A stretch of 64,000 nucleotides of DNA from Tubiluchus corallicola (lineage: Eukaryota; Animalia; Priapulida), in NCBI GenBank assembly GCA_030141605.1, contig JAQGDQ010000449.1, positions 1 to 64,000 on the forward strand, given 5' to 3'. Below are positions 52,901-64,000 of the stretch, one piece after another. The notes under the pieces were generated by a model. That model did not search any database. It was not told where the DNA came from and worked only from the letters and a program-made list of their open reading frames with translations. The translations under genes were made by a program, and so were the position numbers. Position 1 is the stretch's first letter. Each line of letters opens with the position of its first letter.

Positions 52901-53792
52901 GCATGGAAGTCTACAAGTCGACCATAGTTTGTAAGAAAAGCTCAGATTTGGTAGAAAAACATTGTTTATACAAAATGGTACGCATCATTCTAGATCTGCA
53001 CATATGGTACCATGGCAAAGCCGCTACATATGCCAGCTCTTCTGCGAGAAAGGCAGTGGCAATTAATGCCGCGAAACTCCTAAATTAATTCCGTTACAGA
53101 GCCCAATTTATATAAACAAAAATATATTTGAGTTGGGCCACACAACTCAAGGGGGACTGTAGTCCAAGGACCTCAAAAGTGACAAAAAAGGTGACCTGAA
53201 TTACGGTAAAACCGGGCCATCTTTGAATGGCATAAGTGTGCGCAATTTTTTATATGAACACATACAAAAAGTGAAACTTAGAGGTATGACCCTTATGTTA
53301 GGCACAGCGTGTACAGGCACATCTAGTTTAACAAGCAGTTAGAGTGATGTTAGCCTTTTCGCTTTCAGACTCATTGACAGACTTCGAAACCGATAAACTC
53401 AAAATTATGCCTTCAAAGTGATTACAGACCGTACTGTTGTCTGAAACAGTTGCTTGAAAACTATTCTTCTGTGCCATAATCAGGATAACAATACTATCTC
53501 CTAACAGAGTAACTGGAACAAACGCAACTACATGTATAACAACATTGACTAACTACAGAAGAACAATTACAAAATTTACTTTATAACATTTGTTTTGTAC
53601 CTTTTATTGTTTGTAACGCTTATATAAAGCTTTAGTGCTTATATGATTATTAATAATGTATAGAAAAAAGCCAAAATTAGTAAAGCGACACTGAAGATGC
53701 TAATAAAAACAACATTTCTAGTCTCTTTTAAGATATTAAAAGTCTCTATTAAAATATCTCTAAATGAGTACATAAATATTATTTTTACTTAC

Positions 53793-54705
53793 ATGTCAAG
53801 TATGTGTATGCGCTTTGGAAATCGACCACGTACCACAGGGTTGACAAAAAATAGGGTGTCCAGCAAATGATATAACAAAGCACAACCACAAACGTCAATT
53901 TTACTGTCTTTATCTTGGCTTTTGTCAAGTTGTTTGCTCCGTGGCTCCTAGGACAGATATTTCTACCATTAGCTGCTGATGTAATACCATCTTTGACTTC
54001 ATTAGATGTCGGTTTTGCCACAAGGGCCTTGGCTTGTATGTTTCTCCAAACAGCCGTGCAGATCAGGCCGTAAGCTCCCACAAGCACAGCGGTGGGAAAA
54101 ATGAAGAGGGATAGGCAGGTAAAAATTACGTAACCTTTTTCCCCATTCGGGCGAGAAAATGTTCCCCAACAGTCATACTCTCCTGTATTTGGTGAGGGCA
54201 ATTCCTTGTAAGAAAATAGGAATAACTGGGGAATGGAACATAGTAATGCAACGGCCCAAGCGCAGGCAGCCATTATGTGTGCCCTTTTTGATGTCCAAGA
54301 CATACTGCCCAGGGGTCTGCAAATGGCTTGCCATCTGTCAATTGCCATAATTAATAAGACATACGTCGAAAGGTACATTGCAAACACCTGCGTATATTTT
54401 ACAAATTTACACAACCCGTTACCACCTTGAAATCTGTAGGTGATGTCCCAGGCCAGCTGAGGTAATATGTTGAAAAATGCTACGATGAGATCAGCTATGC
54501 TGAGGTGGATAATGAAATAATGCATTCTGGTAATATGTCTTCGTTTCCTCAATGCTAAAAGTACACTGGCATTACCAACCACAGCCATTACCATGATAGT
54601 ACCCAGGACCGCAATTTCAATTGTTGCCAATGCTTCGTTTCGCGATCCCGACACGGTCATGTTTTCAGATCTTGCCTTACTGTCGCTGTCGCCACTGACG
54701 TTCAT
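53793..54705 (-). CDS. Oxytocin/vasopressin-family (conopressin/annetocin/cephalotocin-receptor-like) GPCR, coding exon 1 (TM1-TM6)
   Basis: First in-frame ATG at 54705 (the ORF track start at 54723 is TTG); N-glycosylation sequons NVS and NMT; RNEALA..EIAVL; GN (TM1); HLSIADL..FFNILPQLAWDITYRFQG..LCKFVKYTQV; SIPQLFLF; YDCWGTF; KAKIKTVKLT..CWTPYF. These are OT/VP-receptor family signatures. Ends at donor ACA T|GTAAGT. Confidence 0.95.
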
Positions 54706-56238
54706 AATGACAATTTTTCTCAAAACAGAGAATTCTTGTTAGCAACTTTCATGAGACACGCACTGCTGTAACGCTGAAATTCCTGTTCCTGTGTTTGAAC
54801 CGAGATTTAGCATTTCTCTGGCGCAGATTTGTGGCGTTCTGTTGTTTTTACCTTAGCGCAGTAGCATTGACAAACAAATGCGCTGTCTGGCAACTACTAG
54901 TCGTGCTTCGCTCAGAAAAATGATTGGCGGGATGAAGAGCTTGGAAGCCACAGCTCGTCGCTGTCCAGAGCAATGGCTTCATTCTAAGCAGTACACGTCA
55001 AACACCACTAAACCAGTTGCAATAACCGTCTGCAAATAATATGACTTGAGCGATTATCTACGCATTAACATGCATCAGCTAGCGTTTATAGAATAAGAAT
55101 ATTTAACTGCATTAGGATGTCCGTTATCCAGCCTTCTGTCAACTAAACTAGTTATGAGAATAATTTCAATGTGTTTGTGTCAACTAAATTAACGCAAAAA
55201 TAATTACATCACCTTTAGTGAGTCAGAAAAATGTTTAATGGGTAATGTTTGATATCACAAAAAACTAGTTATGTTTATAGAATTACTATGTTTGGTGGAA
55301 TACATGTAGTCAATGATGCTTGGAGCGTTATTAGTACTTCACAAAAAGAAAAGTTAACAAACGAAACTTAAGCGAGGGTTTCAGGGGGTTCGCGAGTTTC
55401 CGATGACTATCCGAAAATTTCCAAGTTCAACAGTTGCCAACTATGCTCAGAAGGTCGCGACCCCATGAAACCGTGGCTTTAAAAATGCACAACTATGTGA
55501 AATCATCTACAAATAAAAGAAAAAAAAACAAACCCCAATAACTAATAACTAACTCTTGCTAAATCACACAATCACAGTTAACTATAGTCACGAATTAAAC
55601 GTAGAATTTACAGATAGAGAAAACACGATAAAAATAATAAAGGAGCAAAAATATCACAGCATTAAGAACATCAAATATGTCTACTTCTGCGCACAGAATA
55701 CATAACTAATTTTATACTATGCGGCGTGAGCAACGAATCTTGCGTCATTAAACAGAAGTTGGTTATTTTAAATGGATACTTAAACAAAAATCACAAGGAA
55801 AAGAATAAAGGGAAAAGATATATACACAAACAAAACTGAATTTTCTTATTAGGATTTATGTATATACGTGTTTGTACAGTACAATTATAACTTTTTTAAA
55901 GATTTAAAAATTTTGATTTAAGGATTTTTTAAATACTATTTTTATTTGTACACTTTTACTCTTTTAATCAGTATGTCAACTTTTACTTCCATTTATTATC
56001 TTTAAATTATGTAATTAAAAGACAGACCAAACATTGGACATAAAAGTCTGTATTGACTTCGAAGTCTTTTTTCCAATTTTAATAAATAATTTCATGTAAA
56101 ATATGTATTATATTGCATAATGTGTTTATTGTGAATAAACACCTGTAACGCAAGTCTCATGAAAATTAATACAAGTCCTTATTCGTACATCGCACTGTTG
56201 TCTCTTCCTTTACATTCCATTGTTGTGAATATGGTACC

Positions 56239-56326
<88 letters not shown>
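56239..56326. repeat. Compound (AT)11(GT)33 microsatellite
   Basis: Directly visible, ~1.5 kb upstream of the receptor ATG. Confidence 0.97.
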
Positions 56327-56330
<4 letters not shown>

Positions 56331-58225
56331 ATGCATGTATGGATACATATACCATAACATATATATATAATGATTTTATTGCAAGACTTAGAGTTATTGA
56401 ACTTCAAAGCTTTCCGATTATGTATGGTGACTTGTGACTTTTCTATGTTTTTCGTTTGCTGTTTTGTTCGGCTTGATTTCTTTTCTGTCGTATTTTGCAA
56501 GCAATAACATAAGACGAACTTGTATTACAATAATGCATTACTGGGCGGATTTGCGTAAGAAATATTTGTACTATTGATAACATGATATGCGTGGAATAAA
56601 ACATAGACAAAAGATTGTGGCGATGTTGACTTTTACCTTATTTATGAATTACAATAAAACGCATGACAAATTGCCAAGCAAGCACATCATGGAATAACAT
56701 ATCACACGAACAAATAAAAGACTAAATTAACACATGTTACATGTTTTGTTACAGTTTTTGCAAATCAGAAGGCTTTTATTCTTGCATTTGAATTAAATCA
56801 CAGTAAAAAGATTTTTGTTGTTCTTGTAACGTCACGTTTATATGCAAGGTGAAATGATGTGCGCTAATGCATCCAATCAATTTAATACATTTACAGTAAC
56901 TAGCCTGTTTATGACATCTGTTAAATAACTTACCGATACGAATTTCAGTTTTGTTTAGAGTTAACAGCCCATCTGTATTAATGTTTTTATTTTCTTACAC
57001 GTTGTGAATGCAAATGACGAAATTACACAATTTACGAAGAAAAACAAACCGTCAGATGAAACAATAATATTTTCGAATAAACTTTTGTCTTTTAACAATG
57101 AGATAATGGTGTCGGCTTTATTGGCAAAACGTGCAAAGAGACGTTTACATGAATAAAATGTTTCTAATAGTAATGCATATATTTTGTGTATGTGCCATCT
57201 AAACGTAATGGCATAGAAAAATCGTTTAGGTAATTTGTGCTATGAAATAACGTATGCATTTTTGCATTGATTTTACTTACATTACAGGAACGTGAGCCAT
57301 GCCGGCGGATACCACGTGACAGTGAAAATGTTTATTGCACTCACGTCATCTCGGCCACTTTATAGGCAAAGTAATTTTCTTAATACTCATTAAGCAGTTA
57401 TAAGACTATTCCTCAAGCCGTTGAACCAATAAAAAGTCAGGTTTTTGTTTAGGTTCTATAAGTGTCACCACTACGAAGCTTCGCATAATTTGTAAACAAG
57501 AACACAAATACAAAGTTGTAATATCAGAATTGGATACAATGAAAGGTCCCACAATCAAATTACAAATCCGAATTTGGAATTACACTATTTCCACTAAGGT
57601 CATTCGATTATTAAAGTAGGGGCCGATATTTGCTGGCAGACTATCTAATTTACTAATCAAACATATGCATAACCAAACTGGCGTAATCTCTACGCAAGCA
57701 CTCGTCATGACGTATAACCTTTACACTCAAGCATTAACATTTGACTGTCAGAGTCTAGTTTACACGGCTTGATTAAAAGTCTGTCTTATTTGCCAGACAA
57801 CCATATAATATATATATTTTATAATTATTGAATTTCTGTCGTACAAAAAGTAGTTTCATATAAAAGGCGACACCTATGACAAAAGATAAAACATGATATT
57901 TAAAAACTTGCACGGACTATAAACATATTTACACGCGAAAATTAACTTGTAGGTAAATAATTTTAAACACATTAGCATTAAAGTTGGAGGTTTTTAGACA
58001 AATGTAAAATTACCAGCACTGCCATGAAACTCCTGAGCACATTAGCTTCGAGCAAATTTTCCGTCATAGTAATTGATTCAGCTTGGTAATTGTGCACACT
58101 GTTCACAAAATTACGAATAACTACAGATTTGAATGACTTTTTATTTGAGTTACCAATTATTAAATGATACTTATATCCTGTTCCAACACATCCTTCCAAA
58201 ACTCGGAGTACCTATGATAATGATA

Positions 58226-58432
<207 letters not shown>

Positions 58433-58822
58433 GAAGTCTTTTTGCAATAGATAATATTTGTCCTAGAATAGTATTTTTAAAATAATATTCTTCTTAAAAT
58501 ATGGAGTACATCAGGTAAACAACAAACAGATAAGCAGCCGAAAATGAACTAAAATATAGTTCCGGGCAATCGCAGCTGCTTCTGCTCTTTCGAATGTCAG
58601 CCTGACGGCATTTTCTCTTTTGTATTTAATACTTTTTTCAGATGTAAAACGTTTTTATAAGTATTAATCGTTCTTCTTACAGGAATACGTGAAGTAAAAT
58701 TTGAGGATGAACCACTGTTGTCTGTATATACGTTTGCACATATATTTGTTTTTGTTTTTGTTTTTTTTAATGTATAGGGCAGAAAGATTAAATCAACCCA
58801 GGGTAGGTAAGTTTTCTTTACG

Positions 58823-58828
58823 TTTATT
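58823..58828 (-). terminator. Candidate polyadenylation signal of the TSSK gene
   Basis: AATAAA on the minus strand ~80 nt after the stop codon. Confidence 0.45.
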
Positions 58829-58906
58829 TACGCTTATTTACACATCGTTTTTCACATTACAGCGGGAACCTGCATTCAAGTTTACGTAAACCTTTTTATG
58901 TGTATT

Positions 58907-59092
58907 TCAGTTATTATCAACTGCTTTGACTGCATCACTGTGCGCTAACGGTGGAGTTCCAGGCCTAACTCGACGAAACCAGGCATTTTGTTTTATCCTT
59001 TCCAGCGATGGTCTGTCGTCTGCTCTTACAAATATATCTATCAGCAAACATTTACAGTCATCTGCAACGTGTGGATAGAGGGGAAATTTTAC
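58907..59092 (-). CDS. TSSK-family kinase, coding exon 2 (subdomains X-XI and tail)
   Basis: Acceptor gactttgttacAG at 59094-59093; phase 0; VKFP...DDCKCLLIDIF....RPSLERIKQNAWF supplies the invariant subdomain XI Arg that is missing from exon 1. Confidence 0.9.
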   Translation of the reverse strand, partial: VKFPLYPHVADDCKCLLIDIFVRADDRPSLERIKQNAWFRRVRPGTPPLAHSDAVKAVDNN

Positions 59093-59169
59093 CTGTAACA
59101 AAGTCAATTAAAAAGTCACAAAAATTTACCAGATTAATTCTTGTTAAAAAAAATTATGCGCTGTAAGTG

Positions 59170-59768
59170 TAATTGTCATCGTGAGATAACGAGAAGCTAT
59201 AATTCAAATTGCTGGGCAGAATGTCAGCAAGTCAAAAATATAGCCACTTATCTCTTCTTACTGAAGCTGCTCGTTCTCGGTCAAACCGTTTGTCCACGTC
59301 AAACAATTATCTGACGTAGCTTCATCCGATTTTTGTCTCTTTTCAAGCCTAAATGAATACCTGCACGAGCAAGTGCTACTAAACGTAGGAACATATCTTA
59401 TTGTCCTATTGTACATATCTTATTGTCATCTTCACAGGTGACCGTGTATTTACCTTTTATATAAATGGTGTTTTTTATGTAAATGGCTATGTAAGAACGC
59501 TAACGGTGTTGTTGACGCTTCTTTGAAAATGCAAAGTTGCACTTCTCTAGCCTCTGTCCAGTAAAAAATAGCAAAGCTTGAACAGTGTTGGATCTATAAT
59601 TTTTGGATTAAGTGCAGCGCAGTTTCAGTGATGAAGAGATCTAACTTCATGCCATATGTTACTGTTGTTCCCAGATAAATGCATTGTCACAGCGAAAAAT
59701 GGTTAGATTCTGATTAATTTTGTACAAATCTTATTGTCATCTTCGCAGATGACCGTGTATTTACTTTT
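59170..59768 (+). mobile_element. Decayed mariner-type transposase fragment with duplicated terminal segment
   Basis: DVASSDFCLFSSLNEYLHE (~59314-59370) resembles (YSP)DLAPSDFxLFxxL; FFENAKLHF..KIAKLEQCW..KC resembles the mariner C-terminus. A ~50-bp segment ending TGACCGTGTA occurs at 59409-59458 and 59720-59768 (TIR-like, TA end). Confidence 0.55.
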
Positions 59769-60386
59769 TCTGTCATTTATCATTTTACAATCGGAAGACA
59801 CAACGGTAATTCTCTTCTGACTTAAGAAAAGCTGGAGAACCATGGCTGCCTGTGCGAGGCAAACAAAACCAAACGTTACGCAGCATTAATTTTACGACGT
59901 GAGTAAAATTCTGCAATCAAACGCGTACCTTGATATTAAATGAAAAAATTAAACAGTCGTCGTGATACTGTTAGTACTCGAGTGTTTTTATATAAGTAGC
60001 AATGAAATGATGACTGTTGTTGCTGAAATGCGAAAGTGATATTCTGTGCGATACTACCGACGATTAAACTAATTTAATATAGTAAAATGACTATTTATTT
60101 AGACGACTGCTACTTACCATAATTATTTGCTTTCCTCATGTCTTTTTGTTCATAACAAAGTTAATGAATTAATTTCGTGCAAAAATACGTGCATTTATAT
60201 AACGTGCGTTATTTACATTAGTAAATGTCAGTAATAATGAAATTGTTAATAAATACGAAAAAACTACATTCTACGTGTGTACGCTCAAGTATAAAGAAGC
60301 AAAAACAAAAAAGAAAATACGACCGTTGCGAATTATTAATGAGAATATGGGAGATAGAATTAAGTGTCGCTTTACAACCTTACATC

Positions 60387-60572
60387 AATGCGAATTGAAG
60401 CCCACCCAGCTACCCAGATAATGCATGAGAGTTATGAAGCCAGCCCAATACTGCAATGTGAATTGTGATGCTACCCAGTTGCGTCAGATACTGCAATGTG
60501 AATTATGAAGCCCCCCGTTACCCAGATACTGCAGTGAAAATTGTGAAGCCAGTTACCTACGTAATGCAATGT
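60387..60572. repeat. Minisatellite, about 5 units of 30-40 bp
   Basis: Repeated cagatactgcaatgtgaatt.tgaagcc...tacc units inside the TSSK intron. Confidence 0.8.
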
Positions 60573-61904
60573 TCGAACGAGCAACCAAGCAGATCACCAG
60601 TCAGTGTACCACAAATGATTTAATTTTATTAAATCGCATGACTTTTCGAACTGAAAGTTTTGAAAATTTTATTTAATATTAGCAGACAGACGGGTTTGGA
60701 TAATTTTGTTGCATTTTTTTAATTCTGAGGTAACTATGGAATGCTTTAAATCTTATGGTAGCTTTATATTCAGAAAAATATCTTTCGTAATAATTAACAA
60801 AGCTAAATAGGGTTATGGAAACAAAAAAATTGGTATCAAAGTACAAAAAAGTTTGCGTGTATCTTAATGCTGCGGTTACTTATTATCTAATTTAAAATCG
60901 ACTAATTTGCAATATGTTACCGCTAATAGAAAAAGCAAACATTCATAGATAATCACATGAGAGACAAGAGATGCCACAAACTCTGAAGTGCTATGCTTTC
61001 TTGGATAAAAATAGAAATTCTCAGTTTTGGGTCAAACGACGTGTACTGGACTACTCTTAATACATGTAGTTTGTTTGTTTTGCCGCTTGAAAAGCTGGAA
61101 CACAGGTGACAAAACATAGGCCTACATCTTCAAGTGGAACTTATTAGCGCACTACATGGTGTTAAGCGTGCAATGATTTAGTACTAATAGAAAGTGAATA
61201 TCCAGAGAGATCCGGTAATTAGGACTACAGAAATAATGATAAAACATTATGAACGAGCCTTATGACAACGAGCTTCTTATGAAAACAGTCAGAATGAATA
61301 CCAAAGCTAGTTCTTGTTCTAGCAGCTTAGAAAGTGGCCGCAATCCAACCCAATAGATATTATTACTAAAGGAGAATTCGTATTAAAGATTCCAGTCAAC
61401 TTAAGCGCATGTAAGGTGGTTAAAAAGGTGGTCGCGTTTACCACTTTAAAGCTAGAATCGATGGACTAATGTGCAGTGTAAGTAGAAGCCATGAAATCTA
61501 ACCCAAAGTTTTTCAAAGACAGAAGTAAGCACTCTATCACCAATGGGTATAGCCATCAGACCAGAAAACATTGCAGTGTTGCTAGATCAGTAAACTTACG
61601 GCGGCAGAAACCATAACCACTGTTTCTGCATTGCTACCGTTTACCACTTTTGCACCTTTATCACCATTAGGTGATCTAAAGCACTGTTATTGCTCAGTTA
61701 ACATCTTATGCTAGTTTTAATAGGTAGTTACGTATAACTGTATAAAAATCCTTGACTTGGGTAATTTTAGAAATGTGTTGTGTGAAGGAATAAAGAAGCC
61801 AACTAAAACTTGCGGAAGACGATACATTTTTAGCCATTGTCTAAAATTACCGTAATAACGACTGCGTAACAATAAAAACGAATTACAAACATGTCCATCC
61901 TTAC

Positions 61905-62696
61905 CTTGCTGTTGACTTCCCTAATGAGTATTCTGTGGTTTGTATCGTCAAAAGGTAACCGTCCACACAACATGGCAAATAGGATCACGCCCATGCTCCA
62001 AATGTCGGCTTTCTGTGGATCGTACGGTGTCCCCACTAAAATTTCTGGAGGAGCATAAGCATAGCTACCACAATAAGTTTCGCTAAGTGCTTTTTTATCA
62101 TTACCACTTGGCTTATCTATGGGTTTAACAGGTCGCGCGAACCCAAAATCTGTAATTTTTAAGTTGTTTTGTTTATCTAATAAGAGATTTTCGCATTTCA
62201 GATCTCTATGAGCAATTCCTTTGCTGTGAATGAAAGATACTCCACCGTGCAACTGATGAAACCAGCGGCCAGCTTGTGTTTCTCTGATAAATTTCTGTGA
62301 TTTGATCATGTCCAGCAGGTCGCCATTATCGCATATCTCCATTACGAAATAAATACTGTCTGCCGTCTCTATAGCTTCATAACACTGAACTAGAGAAGAG
62401 TGATGACTTAATTTTTTTAACACTTCAATTTCGCGAGGGACAAATTTTGCAAAAAAATCTTGTGGTATGTTTCTTTTGTTCATAAGTTTAACTGCAACAC
62501 GGCCTTGATGTTTAGCAGAATATGCTTCCTTGACGGTAGAATATGAACCGTACCCGAGAGTTCTGACAAATTTTAATCCTTCTACCGCCGAATGTTCAGT
62601 ATCTGAGCTACTACCGCTCTGTCTCTTACCATGTGATGTTCTTGAACCTGGCTTCGGATCTACCGCTTTTAAATGAACTTTACCTTTGTCCGACAT
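61905..62696 (-). CDS. Testis-specific serine/threonine kinase (TSSK family, TSSK4/TSSK1-like), coding exon 1
   Basis: ATG at 62696; GYGSYSTVK, VAVK, KFVPREIEV, HRDLKCENLLLD, KITDFGFAR, LSETYCGSYAYAPPEIL, DIWSMGVILFAMLCGRLPFDD are TSSK hallmarks. Donor AAG|GTAAGG at 61905/61904; 2812-bp intron; spliced CDS 792+186=978 nt (325 aa). Confidence 0.93.
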
Positions 62697-62771
62697 CACG
62701 TCGGATCCGTTCGGAAGAAATTCTCCTATGTGGCATCGTGAATTTTAATTAAAAAATCACGATCAAGTGAA

Positions 62772-62824
62772 CGGCGGCGGCGCCATTCTGTCTTACGCTG
62801 ATAATGCCACTTTGCGTAGCAACC
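62772..62824 (-). promoter_or_regulatory. Candidate TSSK proximal promoter motifs (YY1-like and RFX X-box-like)
   Basis: Minus strand AGAATGGCGCCGCCGCC and GGTTGCTACGCAAA lie 75-130 nt upstream of the ATG; motif match by eye only. Confidence 0.3.
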
Positions 62825-64000
62825 GTTTTCGTTGTTTATTACATCACTGCACAGCTTTCTTGACTTTCCACTAATATTATTGAGATCGCTTATACTATAG
62901 CATTACCACGAAAAGATAAAAAACTTCAAAAGTTAATTTTTTCACAATTTTTTTCAGACATAAACGTTTGAAGCATTATGGGATGTGCCTTGTGCCAGTA
63001 CAAGGTAAGATGGTGACTATTCTGAAAAAGCACATATTTTTATAAGGTCAGTAGTATAGGTTTCTGAAAAAAATTCCGAATTGCATGCAGGTCTGTCACA
63101 TAAAATAGTAAAGTGTAGACTAATGTCTGTCCGAATCACAAAATACTTTATAAAAAACCATGTTTGTGACGAAGTTCAGCATTCAAATCGAGCTAACATT
63201 TTAAAATCTCTTTACGTCTATTTAGGTACCGAGCAAAAAATTCGGAAGGCAGACGCTTAATAGAAACTAAGTCTAGCCTAACATGGTAGATAGTCCGGTT
63301 CATATTCTCACTAAAAGAACTGTCTTAAACTTAGTCTAACTGAATGACTTGACCATTGGTATAACCCAACTATCCTGTACCCTTAAATCTCATTTCTTTA
63401 AGGTCTCAGCATTCAACAATTTTTGCTTTTAGTTCCTTTGCATCAAGCAACTTTGTGCGGCCATTGTACACTTCCTCTTTAAGGGAAGATCAGATAATGT
63501 AATCCAGAGGATAAGTCCCATTTTTTGGTAACAAATTTTTATCAGTTCTTTATTTTCTTTGGTGATAATCATGATGTAAACTGGTTGTTTCCTTTACTGT
63601 TTTGCTGCATGTACTGAGCGATTCACATGCCACTGAAAGTAGCTGTTATTCAGTTGACGATTGGCTGACGTTGTTCCGGCATTTAATTTTTTAACATTCA
63701 AAAGGCTTTTCGGTCGTAACTTAAAAAACACTAAAACTATAAACTTGTAACTTTCACTGCCGAAAGTGAATGTATTGGAATATCATGGTGCGAAATTTTA
63801 TTTAACTTTGTAAAACTTTTAATCTTATTGTACTCGGCACATTTTTAATCTTAAACTTCGGCACATTTTTTTCTGAGCCACTCGATATATTTACAAGAAA
63901 GAAGCATTTCAAGCTTAATTCTGTTCCAATACGATTGATCATTCCACTTATGATTTGTCCATATTACTTCTATTACAAGTTTCAAATATGGTGAAATTAC

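Larger units (their letters stand above)
19341..53792 (-). other. 34,452-bp GT-AG intron of the OT/VP-family receptor (between TM6 and TM7)
   Basis: Donor T|GTAAGT at 53793/53792 and acceptor at 19342-19341. Joining them gives 913+446=1359 nt, i.e. 452 aa plus stop, a complete 7TM receptor. The position corresponds to the conserved post-TM6 intron of the family. Confidence 0.88.

Noticed and set aside
54706-54723. ORF-track start MRKIVI at 54723 (likewise the GTG start at 62699 and the ATG at 19362)
   Set aside because: TTG/GTG starts are not expected in this eukaryote and ATGs follow in frame; 19362 lies inside the acceptor pyrimidine tract.
60387-60572. CRISPR-like repeat/spacer appearance (also 20375-20620)
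   Set aside because: Units are degenerate tandem copies without unique spacers; eukaryotic intron; no cas genes.
62900-63482. Kolobok-like MITE end (..CCTCTTTAA), and similar TTAAGG starts at ~33324 and ~38963
   Set aside because: Only one terminus recognisable in each case; cannot delimit an element.

Overview
AT-rich, intron-containing genomic DNA from an invertebrate animal; a lophotrochozoan is plausible but cannot be established from this window. Three protein-coding genes are supported. (1) A single-coding-exon SLIMP-type pseudo-enzyme paralogue of mitochondrial seryl-tRNA synthetase (+, 9240-10664), probably with an upstream non-coding exon near 5.1 kb. (2) An oxytocin/vasopressin-family (conopressin/annetocin-type) GPCR on the - strand, split into two coding exons (54705-53793 and 19340-18895) by a 34,452-bp phase-1 intron, giving 452 aa. 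(3) A two-exon testis-specific Ser/Thr kinase (TSSK family; -, 62696-61905 and 59092-58907; 325 aa). The rest is intronic or intergenic and full of decayed transposons: CR1/L2-type and RTE LINEs, Penelope, BEL/Pao, Academ-like, mariner, hAT MITEs with TSDs, and a probable SINE. It also holds microsatellites and local duplications. I found no convincing wholly new multi-gene system. The best leads are the SLIMP gene (intronless CDS, candidate splice-switchable uORF), the giant receptor intron with a candidate recursive splice site, the DRW motif and long tail of the receptor, and the microsatellites upstream of the receptor. All family assignments come from motif recognition by eye, with no database searches.
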